64,000 bases of DNA from NCBI GenBank assembly GCA_002633005.1, contig NMRA01000493.1, forward strand, positions 235,647 through 299,646. Reading direction: 5' to 3'. The notes below the pieces were generated by a model. The model saw only the letters and a program-made list of their open reading frames with translations. It ran no database searches and had not been told where the DNA came from. The stretch comes from Phoronis australis (Eukaryota; Animalia; Phoronida). A program made the position numbers and the translations under genes. Positions 37,919 through 48,558 of this stretch are shown here, piece after piece (the first letter of the stretch is position 1; each line of letters starts with the position of its first letter).

Positions 37919-38573
37919 GAACCAACGGGCACTAATTTCATAAATGACATTGTTGCAAAAAACAATTAACACTTTTTTGCATCGTTCACTATATGCCACA
38001 GACGGACAAAATTTACCTGGCAAAAGTTCTGAAACAAACATAAGCAAATAGTAGAATACTAAACTCTGGAACAAGAGACTCTTAATTCAGCTTTAGCATA
38101 GAATTAACTCCAATTAGAACAACTCAGTATTTAATAAACACATTCCTGTAATTTCTTATTGAAACGAATTAAGGGCTTTTTTCTTAGTTCATTACATCAG
38201 TAGCATAAAAGCACGTTTTGTGTTTACTATCCTACAGCCTAAAGAATGTGTTTAATCAACGAAACAATTTCACTGAACTGTGTTGTATCTAAATGAACGT
38301 GACAATGATTCAGCTTCAGCTACTACCCGTTGTTAAAAGACGCATGTGGTTAATTCCAGATAGGCGGAGCTTTACATATGGGAATATGAGCCTAAACACT
38401 TACATATAAAGTAATACTTTAGACACAGGAACACATGTCAGTGGTTTGAATATGACCAGCTTTATGCACTGTAGCTCTGGTTGTGTGAATCTTCTCTTAC
38501 GACTTGAACATGAGTAATACTTAGTCATGAAAAGTCGTTGATGCAAAAGTAGTTTAGGGGTCTAAACCTTTAA

Positions 38574-38900
38574 AGGAGAATGCCACCCAAAAAGAACCTA
38601 TTTTGTATCAATTTAGATTGAGTAGTTCCACTCGATAACAGCAAGTACAGTTCTTTTACCTGACAATTAACTGGCAGCAGATGGAGGTGTTGAAATAAAC
38701 CAATGACGACACAGGTTCGAACGCAGTTCAGTGGTTCACAACACGCTTACTGGTGTCAGCTTATCGCTTGAATTCGATATGAAACCCTTACAAACACATC
38801 GAGTTCTTGAACAAATGTGTTGTTTTATTTCGCTGTTTCGGATTTATAGGTATTTGAACGTACCGCAGCCTACAAAGTTCGATGCCGGCCAATGACCAAA
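38574..38900 (+). mobile_element. Left end of a Kolobok element (truncated)
   Basis: TTAA|AGGAGAATGCCACCC followed by sequence collinear with 44970-45300. Confidence 0.75.
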
Positions 38901-38959
38901 GTCAGTCGCGGAAGTTTGTAGTTGTTTAAGCGCCCCGTTTCAGTATGAAGCGCTTCGGT

Positions 38960-39320
38960 CGAAGGTCATAGATCCGAAATGTAACGTCAACGGTCACGTG
39001 TGATGGATGCAACTGAAAGGACCATCATCCGCCTACCGGACAGAATCGACAATGACGTCACACCTCATTACGTAATAGGTTTAATTGGACCCGTTAGAAA
39101 GGGACCTCTATCAAAAGTCAAGCTCTGTTTTATGAGGCGTCTCGATCACAGGTCATAGATCCGAAATGAAACGTCAACTGTCACGTGTGACGGGTGCAAC
39201 CGAAAGGGCCATCATCCGCCTACCGGACGGAGAAGACAATGACGTCACACCTTGTTACGTAATAGGTTTAATTGGACCCGTTAGATAGGGACCTCGAAAC
39301 AAAGTCAAGGTCATGAATGT
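38960..39320 (-). repeat. Two tandem ~187-bp copies of a TGACGTCA-rich segment shared with the Polinton-linked block at 20950-21120
   Basis: AGGTCATAGATCCGAAATG..CATCATCCGCCTACCGGAC..ATGACGTCACACCT..TTACGTAATAGGTTTAATTGGACCCGTTAGA.AGGGACCTC occurs twice. Confidence 0.8.
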
Positions 39321-40134
39321 AACTTAATTCAAGAAAATTGTTTTTGCAATTGTGTAAAATCGATACAGCTGCTGGCATTTATTTGCAAAATTAAGACTTT
39401 TCTCTGGGATTGGTTGTAAGTGTCTTCGCTTAAGTCACATTTCCATATGACGCTTTTTTGAAATACCAGGAATCTGATATTGTAGAGTTTTAAAGTTATG
39501 TCTATAGACATATGTGTAAATTTTAACCACGATATGAGGATTTTGACCGGGCGCTCCTTGCTGATTAAATAGCCGGAAATAACTGCGTAAGTTTTCACAG
39601 CGTTTAGCCGTTAGGGTAGGGGCATTTATCAATACTGGAAGTCCAATGTCTTTCATGTCATTTTAGAAAGAATAAGTCATTTGAAATAATACGCTGTTCA
39701 CAGTTTTAGTTTAACCGATATTGAACTCATTGAATGAGACGGTTTAGAAGTAATTTGGTAGTAACTTGGTGGCAAATTGACACACGTATGACACCTACTT
39801 ACTAGTAGGTATGGTAACTTGTTCTCAGCTCCAGCGCAATTCTTACTGAAGACGGACGAAAACCTACAGACAAGGCGGAATCAATTACCAGTGGTGGTGC
39901 GCTTGATTACTTAAACTGATAATTTTCTACCACATCCATTCCCATGATGGGATGTGTGCTGCGTGCACTAGGGTAAATTACCAGCTAGTCTCCAGGCATA
40001 ACTCGTACTGAAGACACGACTATAGCTGCCGTCCATGAATTACCAGTTTTTAAACTATAATACAACACTAACTCAAAACCTTGATTTTGCGTATTTCTCT
40101 GGCAACAGTGAAATTTTATTTAATTATTTTTCAG

Positions 40135-40338
40135 ATGAAAACATTCATAATTTTACTGTGCGTTGCCCTTAGCCTTTGCGTATGCGAGGCAAAGACAGCG
40201 ACTCCCGAAACGTGTTCCTGTGACTGGATTCCTGCAGGTGTTGATGAAGGAGGCCATTACTGCAAGACTTATCTCGACGGCTGTCACAAGCGCAAATCCC
40301 AGGAATCAAGCAACCCTAACCATCCCCCACATGACTAG
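40135..40338 (+). CDS. Small secreted cysteine-rich peptide precursor, paralog B (67 aa)
   Basis: MKTFIILLCVALSLCVCEA|KTATPETCSCDWIPAGVDEGGHYCKTYLDGCHKRKSQESSNPNHPPHD*. Length, mature Cys frame and stop match paralog A, and KRK follows the last Cys. Confidence 0.75.
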   Translation: MKTFIILLCVALSLCVCEAKTATPETCSCDWIPAGVDEGGHYCKTYLDGCHKRKSQESSNPNHPPHD

Positions 40339-40788
40339 TAAGTGCTTTGAAACTCCTTCTAAAAATTGCCAGTGCACGAGCACCATATACTGATACTCCC
40401 GTAAAAATGGCAACAGTTCCTGTCTATATTGGAAGATTTCAGGAACAGTCTTCCATTTTTTTGATATTTTTGGAGCAAAAGTTCACGAAAATTAATACTG
40501 ACTTCTAGTTTCGTTTTTTGTCGAAACGTCCAAAAAACGAGAATGGGTGTTACAATGTGCTCAACACCTTAGACATGTTGGGAGACAAGAAGAATTTTTG
40601 TACCACTCACTAAAACCTACAGTTCCCAGGTGCAAGATTTCCCGTATTCACCGCTTGGGGGAAAATTTGAATTACCAGCATGGCTAGTGTAAACGAAAAC
40701 GTTCTTCTGAAACACGTAACTAGCCCCGACCTCCCCTACAACAACGGCAGTGTACGGAAGGTGAGATGTGTGTTGGAAGGTAACGGTA

Positions 40789-41532
40789 CAGTGGCGGATC
40801 TAGGATATCACAAGGGGGGGGGCCCAACATCTTGTCCAGCTGTAAGCAATTGCGCAAACCACGATTGTGGATGCGCATAGCACCGAATGGGGGGAGGTCG
40901 GGAGGGGGGTTTGCCCCCCTCCCGCCCAGGAAATTTTTCTGTTTTTTCCTCTAAAAATCAAGCATTTTCCTTGATTTCTGATGTATTATCCAAGAAAAAA
41001 AGGAAATAAAAAACACAGGAAAAATTGCATCTATCACNCTCTTTGTCAAACCTTAAGACGATTTCCAAAGCAATCGCGTCATTAATGCCAACACAAAAAA
41101 CGGATTTGGTCTTTTGGGCAATTGTAGACTATTTTAAATACAACAAATTTGTTACGAACTGATTGCATAAAGTACAAAAAGTGTAATAAGTGTAGAAAGA
41201 AGTAGGTTTCGCGCGCAAACGCTGTGGACCATAAATAAGTAGGTCTCTTAGTATATCACATTACGAGTTGAGTCGTGATGGTGCAGTGGTAATTGGTGGT
41301 TATTGCAGTTTTTCAAGTTTGACATGTTTTTTTTTTCTTGGATAATACTTCAGGAATCAAGGAAAATGCTTGATTTTTAGAGGAAAAACAGAAAAAATTT
41401 CCTGGGCGAGAGCTGGCAAACCCTCTTCCCGACGTCCCCCAATTCGGTGCTATGCGCATCTACAATCGTGCTTTGCGCAAATGTTTAGCTAAAATGTTGC
41501 CCCCCCCTTGTGATATCCTAGATCCGCCACTG
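40789..41532. mobile_element. Two left ends of the family 2 hAT element in inverted orientation
   Basis: It starts CAGTGGCGGATCTAGGATATCACAAGGG and ends CCCTTGTGATATCCTAGATCCGCCACTG. There is an N at 41038 at the junction and no TSD. Confidence 0.8.
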
Positions 41533-43148
41533 CCGATGTTCCTCAATATCATCATCAGGTATAGTACAGACTGTACACTGTCAGGCACCGACTTCTCATC
41601 AACCAACATCATGCAGTGAGATCATTAACTGGAACATTTGGGGCATAAAAACTAGAGTTATAATAGAGGTTGGACGTTCAGTAGTGCTGGCATTACCCAC
41701 TGTGATGGGAAGAAATGCACTATGCATTTCTCGCCTTTGTACAAATATATTGCATCTTTGTACAACACTATTATACCCAATGACCATATTGAGAAATATC
41801 GAAATGTAATGATTTTGAAGTAAAACACCTGTTTTGTTTTTGTTACCTTCTATTGATCACCTGAACAACACCTGACATTACTACCAAAGGTAGCCAATTA
41901 TCTTACACGGCCTGTGCAATTATTGATGGAACATTGATATCAAAATATATTGAAATTGTTATCTTAAAATATATTTAAGTCTACCTATGTTTCTTTGAAA
42001 TCCTCGAAAGATGTCCAAGTTTGGAACATCATATATCAAAATTTGTCGACTGGATTCAAATGATAATGAAGTTGATGCATTGTTTTCCAAAACGCTTTAT
42101 TAACTGACCAGTGTCATTTTTAATAATTGTATACATTCATTTGACTTGACTGTGTGGTTTCTAAGTGAGACTTACTGTTTAGTCAGAAAGTACTGAATTT
42201 TGAAAGGGTCTGACCAATAGGATACATTCAAGTTAGAGCAAAGTTTGATCAAAATACCAACAGCGATATGATGACAAGCTTAATCCAGACAGACACCAAC
42301 ACCATACCATAATAGTACCTGTCTAAAGACAGGCATGTAAATGTAGATGGCACAATCTTAAAGGTGGTCATAATTTGTTTGGACTACTAACACGAAATAC
42401 ATTTATATTGTAGGTATGAGATACACAAGGCCACAGAGAGTAAGGCACCATTGTGCATGCATACCAGTGGACAAACCAGAAAAGAACAGCTTACAAATTT
42501 AAGTTTGACAAATTATTCCTTGTATTAACTGAAATATGCAAATTGAATGAATATAAAATAAGTGAAGCTGCAGAAATCATCTGACGTCTACGAATTGCTC
42601 ATACCAACACAGAGTATGTAAACAGGCTTCTGAAAGACTCATACCCATATAGAAACATGCATTCTACAGGACTTCTCAAAACTATGACAGAACACAGGAA
42701 TTGAAGCAGCAGATTACTCGTGTACTAATTATTTGATTAATAAGTAATATTTACTTATTTCTATTATTTCTCATTATTGGAGATGTCAAATCAGCCACTT
42801 CCCTGTCCCTCTGAAGCTTTTTAAATACAAGTTTGTGACCACCATGAATTTCGACCTGGATAGTTTCACAGAAACCTAACGCATATTGCGCAAAAAAGGA
42901 CAAAGCAAACATGGACTACGGGAAATTTTCAGAAACAGGCACTTAACAAGTTGCTTCAGTGACAACTGATAACTGAAGGGGAAAGCAACCGATTTTAATG
43001 TTGCGTTTAGGAAAAACACAGATCCCTGGTTACCTTGGAAACATATTTTCCCTGTATTAGTTACTATTCCCTAGGCAACAGAACACCTCAGCAAAAGACC
43101 TACATCTTTGGTCTTAATTTGCCTGTTTACATAATTATAATTCATTCC

Positions 43149-43378
43149 ATGATGAAAACTGAAGCTCAGCTCTGATAAAAATCACTACACGATGAAAACT
43201 TTAGTTCAGCCCTGATAGAAATCAGTACATGATGAGAACTGAGGCTCAGTCCTGATAGGAATCACTACATGATGAGAACTGAGGCTCAGCCCTGATAGAA
43301 ATCATTACATAATGAGAGCTGAGGCTCAGTCCTGACATAAATCATTACATGATGAGAACTGAGGTTCAGTCCTGACAA
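43149..43378. repeat. Minisatellite, ~40-bp unit, ~6 copies, just downstream of the DUS2 stop
   Basis: ATGATGAGAACTGAGGCTCAGTCCTGATAGAAATCA(C/T)TAC units. Confidence 0.92.
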
Positions 43379-43585
43379 ACATCGTCTCGAGTACTGAAGT
43401 TGACTTACAACAAGCATGACCACAAGTGTCAATTTCACTTACAACAAACATCACAAGTGATGACATTCACTTGCAACAACTGTCACCAATAGTGCTGGAG
43501 TCCACTACCAGCAAATAACACCAGGATTGCCAAAGTTTTCTTCCCCCAAACACCAACGCAGTAGCATGAGTGGCAAGGTTCAACT

Positions 43586-43709
43586 TCAATCAGCCTGAGG
43601 AACTTTTCTCGTGTCCCTGTCCACGGTTGCGTTTACCTCCTCCATCAGACCAAGTTGCTCAGCACAGACCAACGCTGCAGCCTGCTCAGCAAACTTTTTT
43701 GATTTATCC
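43586..43709 (-). CDS. DUS2: DUS2 last coding exon (end of dsRBD and stop)
   Basis: tttataag|G GAT AAA..: (G)DKSKKFAEQAAALVCAEQLGLMEEVNATVDRDTRKVPQAD*. This matches the dsRBD helix-2 motif DKSKKLAEQAAA of animal DUS2. Confidence 0.93.
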
Positions 43710-44515
43710 CTTATAAACAGAAAAAAAGCACGTCATAATCCATCATTCCCAACATACTGCCAAGTGTCATTTTCTCAATCTGCTTGAGACAGCTGCGTGG
43801 ATTAGACATCATATTCCATTTCAGAAGATTAATTTTTAACTAAAATAGCATAGTGACTTTAAGTTTTATAACTATTATGATTGAGAAATTATGATTCCCA
43901 AAAAATGAAAAGGATATTAATATGAAGAGTAGGAAACATGCTGAAAGTAAAATTTGGCAATGAAACTCTGTTTATCCAAAATAAAAAAATAACATTTGAA
44001 TAATCTATGTTGACTGTCAACAGTCAAATATTTGCACAATAATATGCTTTTACTCATTTTACAGCAAGTAGTGTCATGTTAAGCTCTTTCAAGTATCTTG
44101 TGGCGACATAGATGGCAGCTTCTAAGCAGCTTAGGCATTAGAAAAAGGTCGTCTTGTTGAGAACTCAAGTCAAAATTAGTATGAGGTGCAAAATGGTTGA
44201 AAACAGTCCAAAATGCTGACCTTTTGCCGTATTGTCGCAGCATTAGGTCCATGGGCGTCTGTGTGGAATTGTGCTTACCTATATATCCAAAACTTAGGCG
44301 CATGCGCCAATATGCGAACCACTTGGGTACAAAAGGGCACAAAAAGGCAATATTACAGATATATGCCCATCGACTTTAAGGCAGGGTAATGCGGTAATAC
44401 AAATTCAAACCATTCGTGAAAATAATAAGGAACTCCAAAGATACAGAGGCAAATGTAAAACAAATTGCCAATAGGAAGCACACCAGTAGTTAAAACGAGT
44501 GTGCCTACATGCAAA

Positions 44516-44692
44516 TTAATGTATGGGTCTATGCATTGTGCAACATTAATGTATGGGTCTATGCATTGTGTAACATTAATGTATGGGTCTATGCATTGTG
44601 CAACATTAATGTATGGGTCTATGCATTGTGTAACATTAATGTATGGGTCTATGCATTGTGCAACATTAATGTATGGGTCTATGCATTGTGTA
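44516..44692. repeat. Minisatellite, 30-bp unit x6 with alternating variants
   Basis: ATTAATGTATGGGTCTATGCATTGTG(C/T)AAC with C and T strictly alternating. Confidence 0.95.
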
Positions 44693-44969
44693 AATATGCG
44701 AACCACTTGGGTACAAAAAGGCACCAAAAAGGCATTACTTGGGATATAAGGCCATGTGTTTAAAGGCGCTGCAAATGGTAAATACTTGAGAGATAGTCAA
44801 ATCAATGTACATTAGTTGTACTCTCCTCATTAGGAAAACATTTTGGTGAAACTTCATCAAGACCTATCAAAAACCTAGTTAGTGGATATTGGGGGCGTAC
44901 GCAATGACAATTTGCCACTACGAGGCATTTCAGTAGCTCTCCATGATAGCAAGTAGCAACATATATTAA

Positions 44970-47935
44970 AGGAGCATGCCACCTAAAAACCAACCTAATT
45001 TGTATCAGTTTAGATCGAGTAGTTCTATTTCAAAAAGGCACGTATGGTTGCGTTACCTGACACCTGACGGAGGTGTTGAAATTATCCAATGACGTAATTG
45101 GTTTCACACGCAATCTGTTCAGCAGTTCACAACACGGGTTACTGGTGTCAGCTTATTGCTTGAATTCATCGTTTAACACCAATAAATCATCAAACTTCGA
45201 TGTAAAACTCTTAAAAATACACCAAGTTCTTATAAAAACGTGTTGTTTATTTCACTGTCTTGGTGTTTGGACACATCGTAGCCTATAAAGTTCGGCAGGC
45301 TAATAACGTCCGTAGCCTTTTGGGTCTGTTCGGAGATAAATTCTAAGTATTTTTCCGTAACATACACGCAGGAGAACCTAGATCTGTGTTGTTTTAGACT
45401 TGTTATTTTTTGAGTTCTAAACACACAAAACGATTGTTATCCTGGCCAGTGGCTCGGAGCCCGATCAGGCCCGTCGCGGCCGGCGGGACTGACTCATTAT
45501 CCCGGCCAGTGGCTCGGAAGCTGATCAGACATCACGAACATAAACCATCCAAAGTTGGAAACTAAACTTCCAGTCAAGAAATACTAGTGAGCCAAAGAAG
45601 TAAAGTGCACGTGATTATGTTGGTGAATTAGCCACGAAACTGCAAATCTACTTATTCGTCGGCGGGGGCCGCGAAGTCAGGTTCCGCTTTGGCCGCCACA
45701 GACCGTCACGGCAGAAGTTTTACATTGACAATCGTTATTTGAATAATGTAAATGTAAATAAAGATTCCCCTAACACCTGGCCGTGGGATAGAAATCGAGT
45801 TGTTTCACAACCGTTTCTGTCAGCAAACACTGAATTAGCATGAGCTCGGCACGGCCTCGGTGTCCCATCAATTAGTTTTATTACACATAAAGCCGTTAAC
45901 ACAGTGATTTATTCATTGCTGGCTTCTCAAATCATTTGCACTCACGAACACTCCAAAGGCATTCCAAATTGTATCTAATGAGACAGACTGTTTCAGTTTC
46001 ATATCAGTATTGGTATAAGGGTGAGAATAATTCATTTTGAAACAGAACGCTCAGTAATAAACGTCAACACGGCAACTCACAATCCCGCCCTTAGACGAGC
46101 TCACTGCATCCCAACGAAGACTTTGCAGGTGGATTGTTAAGTTTCACAGGCTATCAGTTCGAACAGGAATACAGTGATGAAGAAATATTAGAGAGGCGCC
46201 GTGAAAAAGCTCAAACAACGGAACGTATGGATAGTTATTTGGTAAGCTGGCATTGGTCAGGCACTGTCCCGCGACGACTGCAGGCCACAGACACGGAGAT
46301 GTTTTACGGCTTCATACTTGCTACATACAGCGTACTCACTACCGCGAACCACTTCCTAAGCATTTCGAACTCTCGAGGAAGTCGAAAAAACGATATAGCC
46401 GCTTTCTTCTCAGCTGCATAATTCAGACAAGCGGGAACGATGCACCGCAACATAGCGGCATTAACTCTGCAAATGAACCACTGACGTCGTTTCTCACCTT
46501 CCTCACAGGTTAAGGAGACACCTCTCGGCAAGGCGATGTGGATATAGACCGATTAAGATGGCAAAAAATATTATGATCCAAGATTTTTCCAACGGAGGCT
46601 GTAAAATGGTCAATTTAAAAAGTTATATTAAGTCGTTAAAATTTACATGGTTCGTGAAACTTGTGATGGCCAATCAATCTTCCTGGAAATTGATTGTTAT
46701 GAAAAACCGCTTTTTTGCTGGAAAAAACTTTCTTCATGTTGGGGCCAAATTTTATAGCCAATGCTCGTGAATTTTTAAGAATGTCTTTTGGAAAGAAGTA
46801 TTTTTAGTTGTTGGGGAAGTACTCTCTAGTATCTCAGATTATCACATTAAAGAGGAATTTTATTACGAACCACTCTCAATGAACATATTTTGATAGATAA
46901 AAAGTCTGTTTTCTACAATGACTGGTACAAAAGAGGGATAATTTTTATCCACGATTTGTTGAACCATAATGGTCATTTTATGTCTTACCAGTGTGTTTGT
47001 GAAAGATACAGGTTTTCTCCATCATTTACATCTTTTTGGGGGTATTCGAAGTGCAATTCGTCAAACTATTCGTCATTCTCAAATTAGGCCATGTAGTGAA
47101 ATCGAGATAACCTTGCCTTTTTGCACAACATTTAATTCCATTCTTATATCGAGACAAAAAGTCAATAAACAAATTTATACCCACTTAATACAAAAATTAT
47201 ATAAAAAGCCCAAATTTGAGGAAAATTGGGAAAAACAGTTGAATACCGTAATTCCCAGTGAGTGGTGGAGAAAAGCTTATTCTTATTCTATTAACTTTTC
47301 TTGTGATGTCCAGCTTAAATGGTTTCAAATACGTTTAACTCACAGACTACTCGGAACCAATAAGTCTTTGTAAGATTGGTGTTAGAAATTCAGATAGTTG
47401 TATTTTTTGTAATTCTCATTCTGAAGACCTGTTTCATTTGTATTGGTCTTGTTTACGTGTCCAAAGTTTTTGGAAAACTGTTGAAAACTGGATAAAAAAA
47501 CCTCTGTGGAATTGATACGAAACTTGATCATTTTGACGTAATTTTTGGCTCCTTTAATGGACCAAAAATCATAAATCTACTTTTATGTTTAGGCAAGTAC
47601 CACATACACAAGCAAAGACTTCAGAATGTAGAACCATGTTTTGCACTTTTCAAACATTTTGTATTTGATTACTACAAAGTAGAAAAGGTTATGTACTGTA
47701 ACCAGTGCAGGTATCTCGACTTCGAGGAACGATGGCCCCTCTAGCACCATTACTTTAATTTATACTACATACAACCAATGGCCCCACTGTGTATGAATGT
47801 GAGCGTGACTGTGCGCGCGAATGTTTATGCTGTTTGGCTTTATTGTATTTGCATTACGATAACAATAAAACTTTTTGACAAAAAAAAAGAAGAAAAGACG
47901 GCAAAAAAACTAATTAAATCGGGTGGCATTCTCCT
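44970..47935. mobile_element. Internally deleted Kolobok DNA transposon carrying a Tx1 insertion
   Basis: TTAA|AGGAGCATGCCACCT ... GGGTGGCATTCTCCT|TTAA. A THAP N-terminus lies on minus (MLRCIVPACLNYAAEKKAAISFFRLPREFEMLRKWF, from ~46453). A convergent KolX-like start lies on plus (GYQFEQEYSDEEILERRR, ~46150). Confidence 0.85.
46558..47895 (+). mobile_element. 5'-truncated L1/Tx1-clade LINE (post-RT region, zf-RVT, poly-A tail)
   Basis: QDFSNGGCKMVNLKSYIKSLKFTW, KSVFYNDWYKRGIIFIHDLL, LKWFQIRLTHRLLGTN and CIFCNSHSEDLFHLYWSC, then AATAAA and an A-rich tail at ~47864-47895. Confidence 0.9.
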
Positions 47936-48235
47936 TTAAAGCAGTGCTCTTTCAATGACTTTGCAATAATAGACCAGGCACTAACAACAAAGGAGCTTAA
48001 AATTCGTGAGGCTCTACACATCAGTTGGTGCAAGCCCAATCTCAATAGGCAACTGACACACCACAGGTTGTCATTGTTGGTATAGTTCATTGTCACTCCC
48101 TGTTACTGACTGTATCTGTACTTCATTACTTGTAGCTGGGCCTAGCTAGGTGGCCACTGCATTCTCTCTTCTGATGATGGTGTTTGAACAAATGACACCG
48201 AAACATGTCAAGTCCACTTAAAACCATTGTTGTTT
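47936..48235 (+). mobile_element. Penelope-like element 3' end (GIY-YIG C-terminus and pLTR); its upstream part probably lies at ~44870-44969
   Basis: KQCSFNDFAIIDQALTTKELKIREALHISWCKPNLNRQL matches the Penelope EN C-terminus (L.I.EAL.I...KP.LN.Q). A hammerhead motif follows. Confidence 0.8.
48168..48212 (+). ncRNA. Minimal type I hammerhead ribozyme (Penelope-associated)
   Basis: CTT-CTGATGA-T-GGTGT(ttgaacaaatg)ACACC-GAAA-CATG-TC-AAG. The core is complete, with stem II, a palindromic ACATGT stem III, a GUC cleavage triplet and a short stem I (CTT/AAG). Confidence 0.8.
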
Positions 48236-48417
48236 TCTTTAATATTGCAGTAGCCATATTCAACCAAAAATCAACACCAGCCATGTCTTCGTCAAACTTC
48301 ACGAAGATCCATCAAAGAACTTGGTACATTTTACAAATTGTAGAACATTATTAATTTAAACAAATTTTTTTATTTTTTTAGTGAAGTTGTACTTTAATGT
48401 TGAAGAGTTCTACCTAC

Positions 48418-48485
48418 CCCACAGGAGAAGAGTAGAAATTGTTGTCTACTTCTACCATGCTGTAAAACAACCTGTCACGACACTC
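48418..48485 (-). CDS. DUS2: DUS2 exon (dsRBD beta strands)
   Basis: ttctacag|ECRDRLFYSMVEVDNNFYSSPV(G)|gtaggt. 68 nt, phase 0 to 2. Confidence 0.9.
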
Positions 48486-48558
48486 CTGTAGAAATGGAAA
48501 CAAAAATGGAAAGAACAACTGCTTTAATATGCAGACGTACATAGATGCCTGATGAAAT

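Larger units (their letters stand above)
39434..43136 (+). repeat. Segmental duplication, copy B (~3.7 kb)
   Basis: Collinear with 21753-25490. It carries a hAT insertion at 40789-41532 and lacks the ~24870-25180 insert of copy A. Confidence 0.92.

Noticed and set aside
43149-43230. ATGA..AA..GA pattern as a SECIS element
   Set aside because: It is on the strand opposite DUS2, is part of a tandem array, and no plus-strand gene with an in-frame TGA lies nearby.
44353-44763. Periodic Cys-containing ORFs (QCIDPYINV repeats), also those at 35560-35871 and 61005-61295
   Set aside because: They are by-products of minisatellites. They are often open in several frames and lack gene structure.
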